Of a DNA stretch of 64,000 nt, positions 47,812 through 56,469 are shown piece after piece. How positions within the stretch are numbered: the stretch's first letter is position 1; the number at the start of each line of letters is the position of its first letter. The DNA is from Thermoproteota archaeon (GTDB taxonomy: Archaea; Thermoproteota; Thermoprotei; Gearchaeales; Gearchaeaceae). The notes beneath the pieces were generated by a model. That model was not told the DNA's origin. It was given only the letters and a program-made list of their open reading frames with translations, and searched no databases. The DNA lies in NCBI GenBank assembly GCA_041640715.1, contig JBEPZU010000002.1, forward strand, positions 7,198 through 71,197, read 5' to 3'. A program made the translations under genes and the position numbers.

Positions 47812-49119
47812 ATGTCGAGAGGCTCCGAATCTGGGAGGAGCTTCCGAATATATCTACCGCTTTTCATAGTAGGGCTTCTCCTTACAGCTCTAGGAGGTAC
47901 TATAGGACTGATAGGTGTATGGGGGTTTGTAGTTAACAAAGCAACGGTTCCTTCTCTCATTAGAACTACTCATGCACATATAAACTGGTGGGGTATTATT
48001 GCCATGTTAGCGGCTATAGGTTTACCAGTATTGACTAAACCAACTTTTCTCGGAAGTCCTGAACGTACAAGGCGCATTATAGCTATAGCATTCTTCGTTG
48101 CTACATTCATATGGTTAGGCGGTATGGTTGCTATATATACTACAGGTTCTATCTATCTTGGAGCTTTTGCAAGCGTTGCTGAGATAATTTTCGTAATTCT
48201 AATACTTCTGATCGTATATTGGATTATAAAGGAAAAAAGTGCTTGGTTCGTGGCATGGCCACGCTTCTATGTATTAGGGATTCTAGCTATCTTGTTCATC
48301 AGTGTTATCTTAGGTCTAGCAATCATCGCACAATATAAGGTTGAGAATCCACACTTCTATCTCTCAACATCCCAATTAAGGGCGCTTCCAACAACACACG
48401 TTCATCTAGCTATTTTACCAATGGCTTCGCTTGTTTATCTTGCTGTTGCCAGCATGATAGCGAATGTGCCGCAAAATACGGTTAAGAAGATTTCAATGAT
48501 ATTCCTTGTTGGATTAGCTCTATATCCCTTCTTATTCTTAGCATGGCATTTAGGCGGTAGCAGATACATACCAATGATCTCTGAGGCGATCTTCTACATA
48601 GGTGCTCTGAGCGTGTTTATAATGGTAATTCTTTCATTGAAGAAAGAAGGACCTGTTGATTCTCATATCAAACCATTTTATGTTTACTTACTCGCACTAA
48701 ACTTATTCCTAGTAGGAGCTGGTGCATATTTAGCGATATCCAAAGTAGCGCCTTTCTCAGCTTATACTTATGGCTGGTATCCAAAAGACACGGACTGGGT
48801 ATATTGGAGAAACATAGAGAACCTTCATTTTAGCCCAGGAAGTTGGACTTTTTCAAAGATGGCTGCATTATTAGGAATAATCCTCCTACCTTTATCTTTA
48901 CCTACTAAGCTCTACTTAGCAACTCTAGCAGCTCTAGCACCAACCTTCAATGCTATAGGAAGAATTACTACTGCAATAGGCTTTCCGCCCGGCGGTCCTG
49001 GTGCACTTATACTTGCTGGTCAGCCGATTTTTGCCTTATTCCAGCTAAGCGCAATTATAGCAGCTTTCTATGTCTGGTGGAAGTACAAAAAAAGCATTTA
49101 CCCAGTAGAATCAAGCTAA
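47812..49119 (+). CDS. 12-TM membrane protein with a three-fold His repeat, heme-copper oxidase subunit I-like fold
   Basis: H54-x-H56 (RTTHAHINWWG), H196-x-H198 (PTTHVHL), N337-x-H339 (ENLHF), spaced 142 and 141 aa; no HH CuB pair. Confidence 0.55.
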   Translation: MSRGSESGRSFRIYLPLFIVGLLLTALGGTIGLIGVWGFVVNKATVPSLIRTTHAHINWWGIIAMLAAIGLPVLTKPTFLGSPERTRRIIAIAFFVATFIWLGGMVAIYTTGSIYLGAFASVAEIIFVILILLIVYWIIKEKSAWFVAWPRFYVLGILAILFISVILGLAIIAQYKVENPHFYLSTSQLRALPTTHVHLAILPMASLVYLAVASMIANVPQNTVKKISMIFLVGLALYPFLFLAWHLGGSRYIPMISEAIFYIGALSVFIMVILSLKKEGPVDSHIKPFYVYLLALNLFLVGAGAYLAISKVAPFSAYTYGWYPKDTDWVYWRNIENLHFSPGSWTFSKMAALLGIILLPLSLPTKLYLATLAALAPTFNAIGRITTAIGFPPGGPGALILAGQPIFALFQLSAIIAAFYVWWKYKKSIYPVESS

Positions 49120-49507
49120 TTCCCTAGAATACATTAATCAAATAATTTTTTTATTTTCATGATTTAGAGCCATAGTCTTCCTAAGTTTGGATCATTCTTG
49201 AACAAATTTTATTATTTCATTGAAGATACCGCGAGCTTAGACTTTAAACCAAATCCTTATCTTCATTTGAAATGTCAATCACCTTAATATACATCCTATG
49301 TTTAGTAAAGGCAACCTACAAGTACTTATTCTCATGATCTACATGAAAGGTTGGAGGAATTTTTACTAAGTTAATGGGTGAATTTTGTCGTATCAATATA
49401 TTATTTTATAGGAATCTTATTGTTTATCGAGATGTTCGTTATAACCCTTGCTACACTAATAATTTTGAAAGTATTTAATTATCTTTAATATAACAAATTA
49501 AAAATAT

Positions 49508-50635
49508 ATGTTTAATTTTTCAAATTATATTATGCAAGTTTTAATTTTAGGAGGTTTAGGAGATATGGGGAGCAACATAGTTAAGTCATTAAATTCTAGT
49601 TTATTCGAGGAAATACATATAGGAGATATTAATAAAGAAAAAGGTGAAGTTTTCGTTTCAAGTTTAGGAGAAAAATATAAATTTGTATTTCTGGACGTTA
49701 GGTATCGGGAAAAACTCGTAGAAATTTTGAAGAAATATGATATTGTAGTCAATGCGATAGGACCATTCTATGAATTTGGTGCTAAAATTGCTGATACAGC
49801 AATAGAAGCAGGAGTCGATTTCTTGGATATTTGTGATGACTATGAGCCTACTAAGCAGATTCTCGAAATGGATGAAAAAGCTAGGAGCAAAGGAGTTACA
49901 GTGATAACAGGTATAGGTTGGACCCCAGGGCTTAGTAATCTCTTAGCGAAATATGCTTATGAAAAATTAGGAAATGCAAAGAAGATCAAAATATACTGGG
50001 TAGGTTCTGCGGCAGACAGCAAAGGTTTAGCAGTAATAATGCATTTGCTTTACGCCATAACCGGTGATGTACCAATGTATATTGAAGGTAAGGAAGTCAT
50101 GGTTAAAGCTGGTTCTGGAAGGGAAGAAGTCCTATATCCTGAGCCTATAGGTAAAGCTTATTCATACTACACAGGCCATCCTGAACCTGTGACGATTCCT
50201 AGATACTTAAAAGGTTTAGATACAGTAGAAGTTAAAGGAGGTTTGATACCAGATTGGCAAAATTCTTTAGGGAAATTTTTCGTAGCAATTCATTTAACAA
50301 ACACAGCTAGCAGGAGGAGAAGGTTGTCTAAGTTCATTCATAAAATAGAAGATGTTTTCAGGAGCGGAGGGATTGAAAGAAGCGCTGTTAGAGTAGATGT
50401 TTATAGCGATTCGGAAAGCTTAATCCTTGCTTCCATAGATAGAATGGGCAGACTTACAGGAATACCGGCAGCTATTTGTGCCGAGTTGATCGCTAAAGGG
50501 GAAATAAGTTCTACAGGCTGTTTTGCTCCAGAAGCTGTAATAGAACCTGTTAAATTCCTCAAAATCTTGAATCAAAGGAACGTTAGAATTTTAGAGCTTA
50601 AAGAAAATAAATGGAATGAATTGAATCTAGAATGA
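49508..50635 (+). CDS. Saccharopine dehydrogenase-like NAD(P)-dependent oxidoreductase
   Basis: ILGGLGDMG, NAIGPFY, DICDD, GIGWTPGLSN, HPEP.T; start may be 49532. Confidence 0.85.
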   Translation: MFNFSNYIMQVLILGGLGDMGSNIVKSLNSSLFEEIHIGDINKEKGEVFVSSLGEKYKFVFLDVRYREKLVEILKKYDIVVNAIGPFYEFGAKIADTAIEAGVDFLDICDDYEPTKQILEMDEKARSKGVTVITGIGWTPGLSNLLAKYAYEKLGNAKKIKIYWVGSAADSKGLAVIMHLLYAITGDVPMYIEGKEVMVKAGSGREEVLYPEPIGKAYSYYTGHPEPVTIPRYLKGLDTVEVKGGLIPDWQNSLGKFFVAIHLTNTASRRRRLSKFIHKIEDVFRSGGIERSAVRVDVYSDSESLILASIDRMGRLTGIPAAICAELIAKGEISSTGCFAPEAVIEPVKFLKILNQRNVRILELKENKWNELNLE

Positions 50636-52311
50636 GGAGCATAATTTTGCTCGTACTAGTCATAATATCTTTTGTAGCTGGTCTTTCCTTAATCCAGTTC
50701 TTATCAAATCCTTTCTCTTATGAATTCAACCTTCCTTCAAAGTTTTCTATAAATCCAGAAGAACCTTATATGTTTGGGAAGATAGTTGCGAAAGAATTTC
50801 CTCGTAAATATAGCGGCTCTAAAGATGCTGAAAACCTCGCTTTTTGGTTAGGAGATACTCTAAGATCTTGGGGTTATAACGTAACTATTCAAGAATTCAA
50901 AGCAAAGTTAGGGAATGAAACGATTCTTAGGAACGTTATAGCTTTCAAGCAAGGTTTATCTGAAGAGCAAATTTTAATTCTAACCAACTATGATCAAGCT
51001 CCAACCAGCTTAGAGTCAGCTTCGGATACATCGGCTGCTGTAGGAGCAGTATTAGCTCTGGCTCATTCTATAGCTAATGAGAAGCTTAATCGAAGCATTG
51101 TATTTGCTTTCGTAGACGGGGAAGAATGGGGAATGATAGGAGCGGATTACCTTGCTAAGAATTATCCCTTTAAAACTCTGCCTAAAGCTGCGCTTGTAGT
51201 TGAGGATGCAGGTGTAGGAGAGCTTGTAGCTATAACTGCAGATCCCATAGGTCAGTTCTCTGGCTATTCTCCTTTATGGCTTAGGGAGCTGATAAAAGCC
51301 TGTGCTATCAATGAGAAATTTGGATTCGTTCAACCTTTAGGTTTTGATGAATATGCTCAAAGAGCAGTACTAATTTCTTTCACAGATCAAGGACCTTTGC
51401 TAAAGCATAGAATACAAGCAATTCAGATAGGAGGCTACAGCCAAAATACTGAGTTAGCCAGGGAAGTATATCATACTGAAAAGGACGTTTATGAACACAT
51501 ACTTCCTGAATCAGTATATGGTTATTCTAAGGTAATAGAATGCGCATTAAAGGCTATAGATAACATGGTTGAGATCAAAGAAGAACAAAGCTACTATTTC
51601 ATGGTTTCAGAATCTAAGGTTGTTGGGCCTTTCATATTGAGCTTAGCTCAAGTAATTCTTCTTTTACCTCTCTATGCAAGAGCCGTGTTTTCATTTAGTT
51701 CAGTAAGAAAAGAAAGTCTAAAGGAATTGATAGGTTATCTTTTTGTCTTTTTAGCCCTCCTTGCTTCATATGCTTTTGCTAAATCGCTGCCTTTTATAGG
51801 TATCATGCCTTATTATGAGTTGTATCCTCCCCCACCTAGACATCCTTTATTATATCAACCCAATTACTTAGCCATGTTTCTTTGGTTTTTTGTGACCGCT
51901 TTATTGCTATACTTAGCTTTGAAATTCGCTAGTAAGTTTAAGTATGAGAATAGCTTGGATTTCAGTTTCATAATCCTTGCTATATTATCGATAATCGCGT
52001 TGATCTACAATCCATTTGCTGCTACGCTCCTTTTCTTACCTGCAGCTTATTCATGGATTTTTGTGGATTTCAGAAAGAGTCTTAAAGGAAAGATAGCAAA
52101 CATATTCTTAATACTTTTAGGCGGTTTAGTTGTATATCTACTCGTATATGTTTATTCTCAAATGATCTTGTTAGACCCGTTTTTGATGCTTTGGTACTTA
52201 TTCATGGGGGTATCTTACAATTTGTTTACTCCAATAAGCATGATACTTTATATCTCTATATTGACAGTAGGAATTAGATTGTTATTTGTATCTTTAAAAG
52301 ATAATTTCTAA
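50632..52311 (+). CDS. M28-family peptidase-like protein with a C-terminal polytopic membrane domain
   Basis: RNVIA, NYD (for HYD), SDTS, DGEEWG..GA, EDAG, YHT.KD; about 8 C-terminal TM. Confidence 0.8.
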   Translation: MRSIILLVLVIISFVAGLSLIQFLSNPFSYEFNLPSKFSINPEEPYMFGKIVAKEFPRKYSGSKDAENLAFWLGDTLRSWGYNVTIQEFKAKLGNETILRNVIAFKQGLSEEQILILTNYDQAPTSLESASDTSAAVGAVLALAHSIANEKLNRSIVFAFVDGEEWGMIGADYLAKNYPFKTLPKAALVVEDAGVGELVAITADPIGQFSGYSPLWLRELIKACAINEKFGFVQPLGFDEYAQRAVLISFTDQGPLLKHRIQAIQIGGYSQNTELAREVYHTEKDVYEHILPESVYGYSKVIECALKAIDNMVEIKEEQSYYFMVSESKVVGPFILSLAQVILLLPLYARAVFSFSSVRKESLKELIGYLFVFLALLASYAFAKSLPFIGIMPYYELYPPPPRHPLLYQPNYLAMFLWFFVTALLLYLALKFASKFKYENSLDFSFIILAILSIIALIYNPFAATLLFLPAAYSWIFVDFRKSLKGKIANIFLILLGGLVVYLLVYVYSQMILLDPFLMLWYLFMGVSYNLFTPISMILYISILTVGIRLLFVSLKDNF

Positions 52312-52506
52312 ACGTTTCTTAGCTATTAATTTTTGAGTTTTTATCCTATTTTATAGTTGAATTTTCTAATCTATTATTGAGAACGAATAAAAAATATATT
52401 AAGCCATTAATACTGTATAATATAAATGCAAGATTATATTTATTAAATAGTTTTATTTGTAATTTAGTAAGGAACATTTGATGAATTATTATTTAGCTAA
52501 TGTAAA

Positions 52507-52902
52507 TTAGGAAATTTTGGCTCTTGATACGATGAGCATGCCTTTCTCAATCAAAGAACAAGAACATTTAGCTACTACAGTTCCTTCACGTTTTAATGCC
52601 CATTTTAATAAAGGCAATATCGCTTTTCTTAATTCTTTTCCTTCTTTAGTTAAGCTGTATTCAACTCTAGGGGGTTTTTCATTGTAAGATTTCCTTTTGA
52701 CCAACCCTTTGCTATGTAATTCTTTGAGTAGATAGGAAAGCATCTTAGGTGTTATAGGGCTTAATTCTCTGATAAGTTCATTGAATCTGCATTTTCTATG
52801 ATTTCCTAACTCGTTTATTATCAGTAAAGACCATTTCTTTGCTATTAAATCTACTACACCTTCAAGAGGACATAGACAAACCACGTTATTTTTCCTGGTC
52901 AT
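52507..52902 (-). CDS. HxlR (DUF24)-family winged-helix regulator with CxC motifs at both ends
   Basis: KKWSLLII, RFNEL..L..ITPKMLS..LKEL...GLV.R....PPRVEYSLT..G; C9xC11 and C113xC115. Confidence 0.9.
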   Translation of the reverse strand: MTRKNNVVCLCPLEGVVDLIAKKWSLLIINELGNHRKCRFNELIRELSPITPKMLSYLLKELHSKGLVKRKSYNEKPPRVEYSLTKEGKELRKAILPLLKWALKREGTVVAKCSCSLIEKGMLIVSRAKIS

Positions 52903-52935
52903 TACTATACTTTAGGAAACTGACCCCTTTAAACG

Positions 52936-52950
52936 CTATATTTTTTATAG
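52936..52950. promoter_or_regulatory. Inverted repeat CTATA-N5-TATAG between the merA TATA box and start; candidate repressor operator
   Basis: Read directly; TTTAAA at 52928-52933; GTG start at 52959; additional TACTATA at 52903-52909. Confidence 0.5.
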
Positions 52951-52958
52951 TATTTTTG

Positions 52959-54371
52959 GTGTCTAGAGAATACGATTTAGTTATAATAGGGAATGGGACT
53001 GCTGCTTTTGCTGCAGCGATAAAAGCAAGCGAGTTAAGCGAAGGAAATGCGAAAATACTTATGATAGGCAAGGGTCCTATAGGAGGGACTTGCGTCAACG
53101 TCGGTTGTATACCCTCGAAATATCTGTTAGAACTCTCCCACGAATATTTCTACTCAAAAATGAAGAAATTTGAAGGATTAGATTCTTCACGATTTAAGTT
53201 AAATTTTAAGAAAGCTATGCAAGGCCTAAGGGATCTTGTATCTAATCTAAGAAGGGAAAAATACGAAAACGTAATAAAAGCATATAGCAACGTTGAATAC
53301 ATTGAAGGTAAGGCTACTTTTTCTTCTCCAAATGAAGTAGTTGTTGAAGACAGAAAATTCAAAGCTAAGTATATCATAACAGCGGTCGGCTCGAGACCTT
53401 CTTTGCCTAATATTGAAGGGTTAAAAGAAGCAGGTTATCTAGATAGCAACAGCGTTTGGTCTATTGAAGAGCTTCCCAATAGCATAGCTATAATAGGCGG
53501 AGGGGCTATTGGTTTAGAATTAGGTCAAGCCTTTTTGCATCTAGGTTCAGAGGTCAAAGTGATAGAAGCTTTGGACAGAATAGCTCCTATTGCTGAGCCA
53601 GAGCTTTCTCTAGCTCTTCAACAAATATTGGCTAAAGAGGGCATGTCCTTCTATTTAAAAGCTAGGATAAATTACGTCAAAAAACAAGGTGAAAAGAAAG
53701 TCCTCGAAGTCATAAATAGTAAGGGGAAGGAAATCTTAGAAGTAGATGAAATACTAGTTGCCACTGGAAGAGTACCCAATACAAACGATCTAAGACTAGA
53801 TAGGGCCAAAGTAGAAACAGATAGCAGAGGTTTCATAATAACGAACGAGACGATGCAGACGAGCAATCCTAAGATATATGCCGCAGGGGATTGCGTATCT
53901 AAAAAACTTATGCTAGCGACCTTAGCTGCTAGAGAAGGCGTTGTGGCTGCTAGTAACATATTCGGTTTGAAATCTAAGATGGAATATGAATCTGCGCCTC
54001 AAGTTATATTCACCAAACCTCAATTAGCATCGGTAGGCTATTTAGAGCAAGAATTCATGAAGAAATACGGTTCTTGTAGTTGTAATACGATTGGTTTAGA
54101 GAATGTGCCTAAGGCTATTCTACTCAATGAAACTGAGGGATTGATAAAGATAGTGATAAATCCTGCAAACGGCAAGCTCGTTGGTTTACACGTACTTGCA
54201 CACTTAGCTTCAGAATACATAATCGAAGGAGCTTTAGCAATAAAGCTAGGCTTGACCATCAACGATATTATCGAAACGGTTCACGCTTTCCCCACGCTTT
54301 CAGAAAGCATAAAGATAGCGGCTCAATCTTTCTTGAGGGATGTTAGAATGATGAGTTGCTGCGTAGAATGA
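52959..54371 (+). CDS. merA: Mercuric reductase (no N-terminal NmerA domain)
   Basis: GGTCVNVGCIPSK redox disulfide, GGGAIG, AAGD, FPT, C-terminal MSCC pair. Start moved to the in-frame GTG at 52959 to avoid overlap with the regulator. Confidence 0.9.
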   Translation: MSREYDLVIIGNGTAAFAAAIKASELSEGNAKILMIGKGPIGGTCVNVGCIPSKYLLELSHEYFYSKMKKFEGLDSSRFKLNFKKAMQGLRDLVSNLRREKYENVIKAYSNVEYIEGKATFSSPNEVVVEDRKFKAKYIITAVGSRPSLPNIEGLKEAGYLDSNSVWSIEELPNSIAIIGGGAIGLELGQAFLHLGSEVKVIEALDRIAPIAEPELSLALQQILAKEGMSFYLKARINYVKKQGEKKVLEVINSKGKEILEVDEILVATGRVPNTNDLRLDRAKVETDSRGFIITNETMQTSNPKIYAAGDCVSKKLMLATLAAREGVVAASNIFGLKSKMEYESAPQVIFTKPQLASVGYLEQEFMKKYGSCSCNTIGLENVPKAILLNETEGLIKIVINPANGKLVGLHVLAHLASEYIIEGALAIKLGLTINDIIETVHAFPTLSESIKIAAQSFLRDVRMMSCCVE

Positions 54372-54376
54372 TTAAC

Positions 54377-55504
54377 CTATTTCTCTTTTAGAACTAGCAA
54401 GATAGAAGGCATTATAATACTCAAAGCGATGGAAATGATGAAAAAATTGCTTGGGCCTAGGAAGAGGAAGACCAACCCTCCTAATATCCCTCCTAAGGTT
54501 CTGAATATACCTATGAGCAAATTTATATTCGAGACAGAAGTCGCTCTTTCATAGGAATTACTATACATCGCTGAATAAGAAAACAAAGGTATCCATAAAA
54601 ATAGCCAAAAAGGAAGTGAATACAATACAGCAAATACTAATATGTTATCAGTGATGTAGAGCAAAATATAGTAAGTAGGATAATATATCGAGCCTATAAG
54701 GATGACTTTCTTAATTCCAAGCTTATCGATAAGTTTTCCTACATAAGGCGAGGCTGCTATTCCTGTCACCGTAGATATTGCGTTTATCAATCCCCATTCT
54801 ACGATTCCTCCTTTTAAATAGAATATGTAATACGCTGGTACGATTGAGAAAAATATAGCTGGGGCTATGATTATCGAAGAAGAAAATAATCTAAAAAAGT
54901 TTGTCTTCGTTATGACATCTAAAAGATTAAGTTTTTTAGGATTTTCATTAAATATTCTTTCTTCTTTGAACTTGAACATCCATAAAGAAATGACCATTCC
55001 TAATATGCTCTCAAGAATCGTGGATAGTTCAAAGCCTAATATTTCAATAATATAACCGAAGAAAATACTTCCCAAGAAGTATCCTAGGTTTATGAACAAA
55101 AATACCTTACCTACAGAAGTACCTATCTTCTTGCTTCTTTCAGTTTCATAGGATATTATTAATGGCTGACCTATCTGGATTATCGCAGAGGATATTATAA
55201 GTGTAGCTAGTATGAATATCCTTTCGTCGATGAAAGTAGATGAAAGTAACAATAACGAACCTATCAAAACCGCTATGCTTGCGTATTTTATTCTGTATCC
55301 GCTTCTATCGGAAATAGGAGCTATGAATATAGGAGCTATTCCTGTGGAAAAGGCCGCCGCAGCATATATCAACGCAGTAGCCAATATTCCTGTGATCTCA
55401 TAGGCATAGATTGATAGGAAAATCAATGGATAGGTTATGAGGAAACCATAAAACGTGTATATGATTTCTAAGAAGTTATGAGGAATAAATCTTTGTGCCT
55501 GCAT
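54377..55504 (-). CDS. MFS transporter
   Basis: 12 TM, ISDRSGYR and GKLIDKLGIKK motif-A-like loops. Confidence 0.85.
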   Translation of the reverse strand: MQAQRFIPHNFLEIIYTFYGFLITYPLIFLSIYAYEITGILATALIYAAAAFSTGIAPIFIAPISDRSGYRIKYASIAVLIGSLLLLSSTFIDERIFILATLIISSAIIQIGQPLIISYETERSKKIGTSVGKVFLFINLGYFLGSIFFGYIIEILGFELSTILESILGMVISLWMFKFKEERIFNENPKKLNLLDVITKTNFFRLFSSSIIIAPAIFFSIVPAYYIFYLKGGIVEWGLINAISTVTGIAASPYVGKLIDKLGIKKVILIGSIYYPTYYILLYITDNILVFAVLYSLPFWLFLWIPLFSYSAMYSNSYERATSVSNINLLIGIFRTLGGILGGLVFLFLGPSNFFIISIALSIIMPSILLVLKEK

Positions 55505-56378
55505 TACCTTCTATTGCGCTTAAAATCTTATCAGTCGAGGTTATTATTGCTTCTCCTTTAGTATTTTCGAGGAATTTGATGCAAGCTAATATTTTAGGTT
55601 TCATGCTTCCTTCTAGGAAATGTCCTTCCTTCAAGTATTTTTTGGCTTGGTTTACGCTCATCGAATAGATTTCTTCCTCGTTTTCTTTCATGAAGTTTAA
55701 TTTAACTCTATCTATGTTGGTTGCTATCAATAGCACATCGCTTTTCAATTCCGTAGCTAAAATTGCGCTAACTGAATCTTTATCTATTACTGCTTCGATT
55801 CCTTCGATCAAACCTTCTTCGTTAATTACAACGGGAATACCTCCACCGCCGCAGGCTATGACTATCCCTTCCTCAGCTAACTTCTTTATGAGTTCCATTT
55901 CGATTATCTTTATAGGTTCAGGAGACGGAACAACTCTTCTATAACCTATTTTCTCGCCAAATGTCGCTTTTTTCATCACGTATCCTTTCTTTTCAATTAA
56001 AATCTTAGCCTCTTCTTCGCTGTATAAAGGTCCGATGGGTTTTTTCGGATTCAAGAAACTTTCGTCATCTCTTCTCACGAGCACTCTTGAAAGAACCACG
56101 AATACTTCCTTCTTATTTCTCAATGCTTTTTGAAGCAAATCTTGTATTCTATATCCTATCTGTGCTTGTGTCATCGCTACTAAGACATGTAGAGGTTCTC
56201 TATAACTTAACATTTCTTGTTGTAAGAGCAATCTACCTACTTGAGGTCCATTTCCATGAGTTATAGATATTTCATAACCTAATTCTGATAATCGCGCTAT
56301 TTGTTCACATACCTTATCCAATCCTTCATAATTCTCGCTAATAGCGTTTCCTCCAATCGCAATTGTTATTCTTCTCAT
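55476..56378 (-). CDS. arcC: Carbamate kinase
   Basis: IAIGGNAI, THGNGPQVG, RRVVPSP.P, GGGGIPV, EAVIDKD, GSMKPKI. Confidence 0.93.
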   Translation of the reverse strand: MRRITIAIGGNAISENYEGLDKVCEQIARLSELGYEISITHGNGPQVGRLLLQQEMLSYREPLHVLVAMTQAQIGYRIQDLLQKALRNKKEVFVVLSRVLVRRDDESFLNPKKPIGPLYSEEEAKILIEKKGYVMKKATFGEKIGYRRVVPSPEPIKIIEMELIKKLAEEGIVIACGGGGIPVVINEEGLIEGIEAVIDKDSVSAILATELKSDVLLIATNIDRVKLNFMKENEEEIYSMSVNQAKKYLKEGHFLEGSMKPKILACIKFLENTKGEAIITSTDKILSAIEGNAGTKIYSS

Positions 56379-56469
56379 TGAATAAAATTAATTATATTTT
56401 TGGTAGTAAAAAAACATTTTGAGATTTCAACTAGTTAATCTTTTTTTCAAAATCAACTATAAATAGATA

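Noticed and set aside
52839-54371. Dihydrolipoamide dehydrogenase, or a long-start MerA overlapping the regulator
   Set aside because: The C-terminal CC pair indicates MerA. The 40-residue extension overlaps the divergent gene and promoter, so GTG 52959 is preferred.
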